From positions 2,624,001 to 2,688,000 of the forward strand of contig OY762911.1 in NCBI GenBank assembly GCA_963666565.1: a DNA stretch of 64,000 nt, given 5' to 3'. The notes beneath the pieces were generated by a model. The model saw nothing but the letters and a program-made list of their open reading frames with translations, was not told the origin of the DNA and made no database searches. Made by a program: the position numbers and the translations under genes. The stretch comes from Thermoanaerobaculia bacterium (GTDB lineage Bacteria > Acidobacteriota > Thermoanaerobaculia > Multivoradales > Multivoraceae). Positions 60,289 through 64,000 of this stretch are shown piece after piece; the stretch's first letter is position 1; every line of letters starts with the position of its first letter.

Positions 60289-61991
60289 CCCTGGCGGAGT
60301 CCGCCGGAAGGGAGAGCGCGCCGGCGGCGTCCGGCAGCGCCGCGCCGCGGATTGCGGCCGGCATCGTCGCCAGCCGCGTGCTCGGCCTGGCGCGGGAGGC
60401 CGCGATCGCCGGGGTCGCCGGCGTCGGCGCCCTGACCGACATCCTGGCGATCGCGTTTCGGGCGCCGAACGTCCTGCAGAATCTGCTCGGGGACCAGGCG
60501 CTCTCGGCATCCTTCATTCCGGTCTACAGCCGCCTCCTGGCGGAGGGCCGTCGCCGGGAGGCCGGCGCCCTGGCCGGGGCGGTGTTCGGGTTGCTGTTCT
60601 CGGCGATGGCCGTCCTCAGTCTGCTTGGCGTCCTGCTGGCGCCCTGGCTCGTGCGCCTGCTGGTCCCCGGGCTGGCCGGCGACGCGGATCTGGTGGCCGC
60701 CGGCGCCATGACCCTCGACCGCCAGGAACTGACCGTTGCGGCGGTCCGGATCTGCTTCCCGATGGTCGGGGCGATCACGCTGTCCGCCTGGTGTCTCGGC
60801 GTCCTGAACAGCCATCGCCGGTTTCTTCTGCCGTACCTGGCCCCGTGCTTCTGGAACGCGAGCGTGATCGCCGCGGTTCTTTTCGTCGCCGAACGAACCG
60901 GCGGCGACGGCGTAGACCGGCTCGAGACGCTGGCGTTCGCGGTTTGCTGGGGCGGTCTGGCCGGCGGCCTCCTCCAGTTCGCCGTACAGCTTCCCCTGGT
61001 GCTCCGGGTGACGGAGGGGTTGCGGCCGTCGCTCAGCCTCCGCCCGGCGGGCGTGCGGACGACGCTGACCAACCTCGGGCCGGCGGTCGCCGCCCGGGGC
61101 GTAGGTCAACTCGGCGCCTGGGTCGATCTCTTCCTGGCTTCCTTCCTGGTCGAGGGCGCGTTCGCGGCGCTGACCTGGGGGCAACGCCTGTACCTGCTCC
61201 CCATCTCCCTCTTCGCCGTCTCGGTGGCGGCGGCGGAACTGCCGGAGCTCTCGCGGCTCCGCGGCGAGGGGGAGGAACGGGCGAGAGCCGCGGCGGAGCG
61301 CGCGCGGCGGTCCCTGGCCGCCATGTCGTTCCTGGTGGCGCCGACGATGGTCGGCTACCTGCTGCTGGGGTTCGGGATCGTCGGGGCGATCTACCGGCGC
61401 GGCGAGTTCGGGCTCGCCGACAACGGGCTCGTGTTCCTGGTGCTCGCCGCGTACTCCCTGGGTCTGCTGGCGTCCAGCGCGTCGCGGCTGCTGCAGAGCG
61501 TGTTCTTCTCGCTGGGAGACACCCGTAGTCCGGCGCGCATCGCGGCGATGCGGCTCGTCCTTGCCGCCGGGGTCGGCGCCGCGATGATGGTCCTGCTCGA
61601 CCGGGTCGCGGTCGGGGAGGCGTTGCCCTGGCTGGGCGTGCCGGCGGCGGACGCCGAGGCTCTGCGCCTGGGGGCGGTGGGGCTGGCGCTGGCGTCCGCG
61701 GCCGGTAGCTGGCTCGAGCTGGGGCTGTTGCTCGGGCGGCTGAGGGGAAGAGGGGTGGCCGTGCCGGCGCCCTGGCGCGCGTGGCTGCGGCACCTGGCGC
61801 TTGCGGCGTGCTCGGTCGTGCCCTGGGCGGCCGCCCGGACCATCGTGCCGGGGCCGCCCTGGATCGCCGGCGCCGTCCCCGCGGTCGGCTTCGCCGCGAC
61901 CTACCTGGCGGCGTCGTACCTGCTCAAGGTCCCCGAGGCGCGGACGCTCTGGCGCTGGCTCTCGGAAACCCGGCGGGGCCGGGAGGCGTAG
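60285..61991 (+). CDS. murJ: Lipid II flippase MurJ/MviN
   Basis: Motifs SRVLGLARE, AFRAPNVLQNLLG..ALSASFIP, QRLYLLPISLF and YRRGEF. Confidence 0.92.
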   Translation: MTLAESAGRESAPAASGSAAPRIAAGIVASRVLGLAREAAIAGVAGVGALTDILAIAFRAPNVLQNLLGDQALSASFIPVYSRLLAEGRRREAGALAGAVFGLLFSAMAVLSLLGVLLAPWLVRLLVPGLAGDADLVAAGAMTLDRQELTVAAVRICFPMVGAITLSAWCLGVLNSHRRFLLPYLAPCFWNASVIAAVLFVAERTGGDGVDRLETLAFAVCWGGLAGGLLQFAVQLPLVLRVTEGLRPSLSLRPAGVRTTLTNLGPAVAARGVGQLGAWVDLFLASFLVEGAFAALTWGQRLYLLPISLFAVSVAAAELPELSRLRGEGEERARAAAERARRSLAAMSFLVAPTMVGYLLLGFGIVGAIYRRGEFGLADNGLVFLVLAAYSLGLLASSASRLLQSVFFSLGDTRSPARIAAMRLVLAAGVGAAMMVLLDRVAVGEALPWLGVPAADAEALRLGAVGLALASAAGSWLELGLLLGRLRGRGVAVPAPWRAWLRHLALAACSVVPWAAARTIVPGPPWIAGAVPAVGFAATYLAASYLLKVPEARTLWRWLSETRRGREA

Positions 61992-62012
61992 TCTCAGGCA
62001 GGAGGTCGAGGC

Positions 62013-62588
62013 ATGGAGATTCTGCTCAGCGTCGGATTGGGGATCGGGCTGGCGGCGGCCTGCGGATTCCGGGTCTTCCTGCCGGTGCTCGTCATGGGCG
62101 TGGCGTCGCGGGCGGGCGCGCTCGAGCTGGCCGACGGTTTCGAGTGGATGGCGAGCGTCCCGGCGCTGCTGGCGCTCGGCGTGGCCGCCGTATGCGAGAT
62201 CGGCGCCTACTACATTCCCTGGCTCGACAACATGCTCGACGCCGCGGCCATGCCGGCCGCGGTGACGGCGGGCATCGTCGTCGCGGCGGCCAACATCGAG
62301 ACCGCGACGCCGCTCCTGGGCTGGGCGCTGGCCGCGGTCGCGGGCGGGTCCGCCGCGGCGGTGGTCCAGACCGGGACGACCCTCCTGCGGGGCGCCTCGA
62401 CCGCGATGACGGCCGGGATCGGCAATCCCGTCATCTCGACCGGCGAGGCCGGTTCGGCGGTCGGCCTGTCGGTGCTCGCGATCGGCCTGCCGGTGGCGGC
62501 CCTGGCCGTGGCGCTGCTGCTGGTGGCCCTGGTCAGCGTCCGGCTGCTCCGGCGGAAGGTCAGGGGGCCGCGGCCCGCGGCCAACTGA
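62013..62588 (+). CDS. DUF4126-like membrane protein
   Basis: Motifs GIGLAAACGFRVFLP, EIGAYYIPWLDNMLD and GIGNPVISTGE. Confidence 0.85.
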   Translation: MEILLSVGLGIGLAAACGFRVFLPVLVMGVASRAGALELADGFEWMASVPALLALGVAAVCEIGAYYIPWLDNMLDAAAMPAAVTAGIVVAAANIETATPLLGWALAAVAGGSAAAVVQTGTTLLRGASTAMTAGIGNPVISTGEAGSAVGLSVLAIGLPVAALAVALLLVALVSVRLLRRKVRGPRPAAN

Positions 62589-62732
62589 ACGCCGCTGGCG
62601 GATCGGACGGCCCGGCCCGTCGTCGGAATCCGGCAGGCGCTAGACTGGTTGAGCTGACGGTGGAGCAGGGGACCATCGTGAACGGAAGGGCCATCGCGAC
62701 AACAAGGTCGCCGCTTGGCGGCGCGTTCTTCT

Positions 62733-62785
62733 CCGCGGGTCGAAAGACCCGCGGCGCCGGAGCTGGCGAGGACGCCGGCGTACCC
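62733..62785. repeat. REP-like doublet
   Basis: ccgcgggtc-gaaa-gacccgcgg (62733-62754) and gctggcgaggacgccggcgtaccc (62762-62785, 21/24 identical to 7407-7430). Confidence 0.65.
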
Positions 62786-62836
62786 GGTGTGGGGTGCTCG
62801 GCCGTGGTCGGCGCTGCCGCTCTGGCGGCCGGTTCC

Positions 62837-63964
62837 ATGCGAGGCCACGGGCCCGGCTGGCCGGGGCGTTCCGCCCTGGTCGCCGCCGTCTTCGCCTCGC
62901 TCGCCTTGGGATGTGCATCGACCGGCGTGCGGGAGGCCGGCGAGAGCGCCCTCCTGCGGGAACTGGAGCGGCGCCAGGTGAGCCGCGCCCTGGTGCCCTT
63001 CGCGCTGAACGACGACGTGGCCGCCTGGGTTCACGAAGCGGTCGGCGCGGTCGATCGGGACAAACGGCTCGATCGCCTGGTCGAAGCGGTGACGGATTCC
63101 TCCATGCTCGGCGTCGAGTACAAGGCCGGCCGGACCGGCTCCGCCGTCGAGGTCTTCGAGACCCGGACCGCGAACTGCCTGGCCTTCACCCAGTTGTTCG
63201 TCGGCATGGCCCGCGAACTCGACCTCGCGGGCTACTTCGTCGAGGTGTCGCACGTCGAGAACTTCGAGCGCGAGGGCGATCTGATCGTCATCTCCGATCA
63301 CGTCGCGGTGGGTTTCGGGCCCCGGCACGCGATGCGGGTGATCGACTTCGGCCTGCTCGAGAACGAGCGGGGTTTCCGGGTGTCGCCGATCAGCGATCTG
63401 ACGGCGACCGCCCTCTACTACTCGAATCGCGGCGCCGAGGCGTTGCGGGCCGACCGGCTCGACGAGGCTGTAGCCTGGCTCGAGGACGCCGTCCGGATCG
63501 ACCCGGAACTCGCGTCCGCCTGGGCGAACCTGGGAGTCGCCCAGCGCCGGAGCGGCCGCGCCGACCGGGCGGAGCGGAGCTACCGGAAGGCCCTGGAGGT
63601 CGATCCGGGCGCCAGTTCGGCCCTCGTGAACCTGGCCGTGCTGCTGCGCCTGGACGGTCGGACCGCCGAGGCGGACGACCTTCTCCTGTTGGCGGACGGC
63701 AGGCGCAATCGCAACCCGTTCACCTACGTCGCCCTCGGCGACCTGAGCCTGCGCTACGGCCGCCTGGACGAGGCGGAACGCTTCTACAGCCGGGCGCGGC
63801 GGCTTGGACCCGACGAGGCGGCGCCGGCGGCGGCGCTGGGCGAGGTGCTGCTGCGCCGGGGCGAGCGTAAGGCCGCCGAGAGGCTTCTGCGCCGCGCGCA
63901 GCGGCTGGAACCCGGCGGCGACCGCCGGATCGATCGGCTGGCGCGCCTCCTGGCGGGCGCCTGA
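62837..63964 (+). CDS. Lipoprotein with transglutaminase-like domain and TPR repeats
   Basis: Lipobox-like LALGC, ANCLAFT / SDHV / VIDF, and TPRs (AWANLGVAQRRSG...YRKALEVDP). Start is uncertain: ATG 62837 or GTG 62678. Confidence 0.78.
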   Translation: MRGHGPGWPGRSALVAAVFASLALGCASTGVREAGESALLRELERRQVSRALVPFALNDDVAAWVHEAVGAVDRDKRLDRLVEAVTDSSMLGVEYKAGRTGSAVEVFETRTANCLAFTQLFVGMARELDLAGYFVEVSHVENFEREGDLIVISDHVAVGFGPRHAMRVIDFGLLENERGFRVSPISDLTATALYYSNRGAEALRADRLDEAVAWLEDAVRIDPELASAWANLGVAQRRSGRADRAERSYRKALEVDPGASSALVNLAVLLRLDGRTAEADDLLLLADGRRNRNPFTYVALGDLSLRYGRLDEAERFYSRARRLGPDEAAPAAALGEVLLRRGERKAAERLLRRAQRLEPGGDRRIDRLARLLAGA

Positions 63965-64000
63965 GAGCGGCCGGCCGGCCGCGCACCCGACCCTCTGCCG

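Overview
This is a very GC-rich bacterial chromosomal window made up mostly of housekeeping and metabolic genes. The gene style suggests Acidobacteriota, but that is inference only. Left to right it holds: a truncated S1-domain (RpsA-like) gene, hsp20 and cobB; a MoxR/vWA pair with a DUF3014-like gene; a sugar cluster (PQQ-type propeller, Gfo/Idh/MocA oxidoreductase, TIM-barrel enzyme, xylA, xylulokinase); grxD-bolA, a cytochrome c/copper-monooxygenase-like protein and a ROK kinase; a minus-strand run of sucA-sucB-lpdA, LVIVD and YncE propellers and a second MoxR-DUF58-BatA-vWA module; dppBC-like permeases, MATE, argG and MFS; tetR-etfBA, a RelE/HTH toxin-antitoxin pair, a FadF/EtfD-like oxidoreductase and prpE; an Ntn asparaginase, SSS transporter, trpS and an aminotransferase; then ACAD-like, TerB, YhhQ, class II DAHP synthase, PilZ-TM-AMIN, murJ, DUF4126 and a TPR lipoprotein. 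I saw no rRNA, tRNA, CRISPR array, transposase or integrase. The best candidates for something new are: (1) a roughly 200-bp intergenic element family (two full copies, one partial) with homologous interiors and 28-31 bp inverted arms that are perfect within each copy but differ between copies; (2) a shared palindromic operator linking tetR-etfBA to the cobB / MoxR-vWA divergon 41 kb away; (3) a PilZ-TM-AMIN protein translationally coupled to murJ; (4) an oxidoreductase/TIM-barrel module joined to xylAB; (5) an AT-rich inverted pair of recombinase-like sites. All family assignments come from motifs recognised by eye, not database searches.
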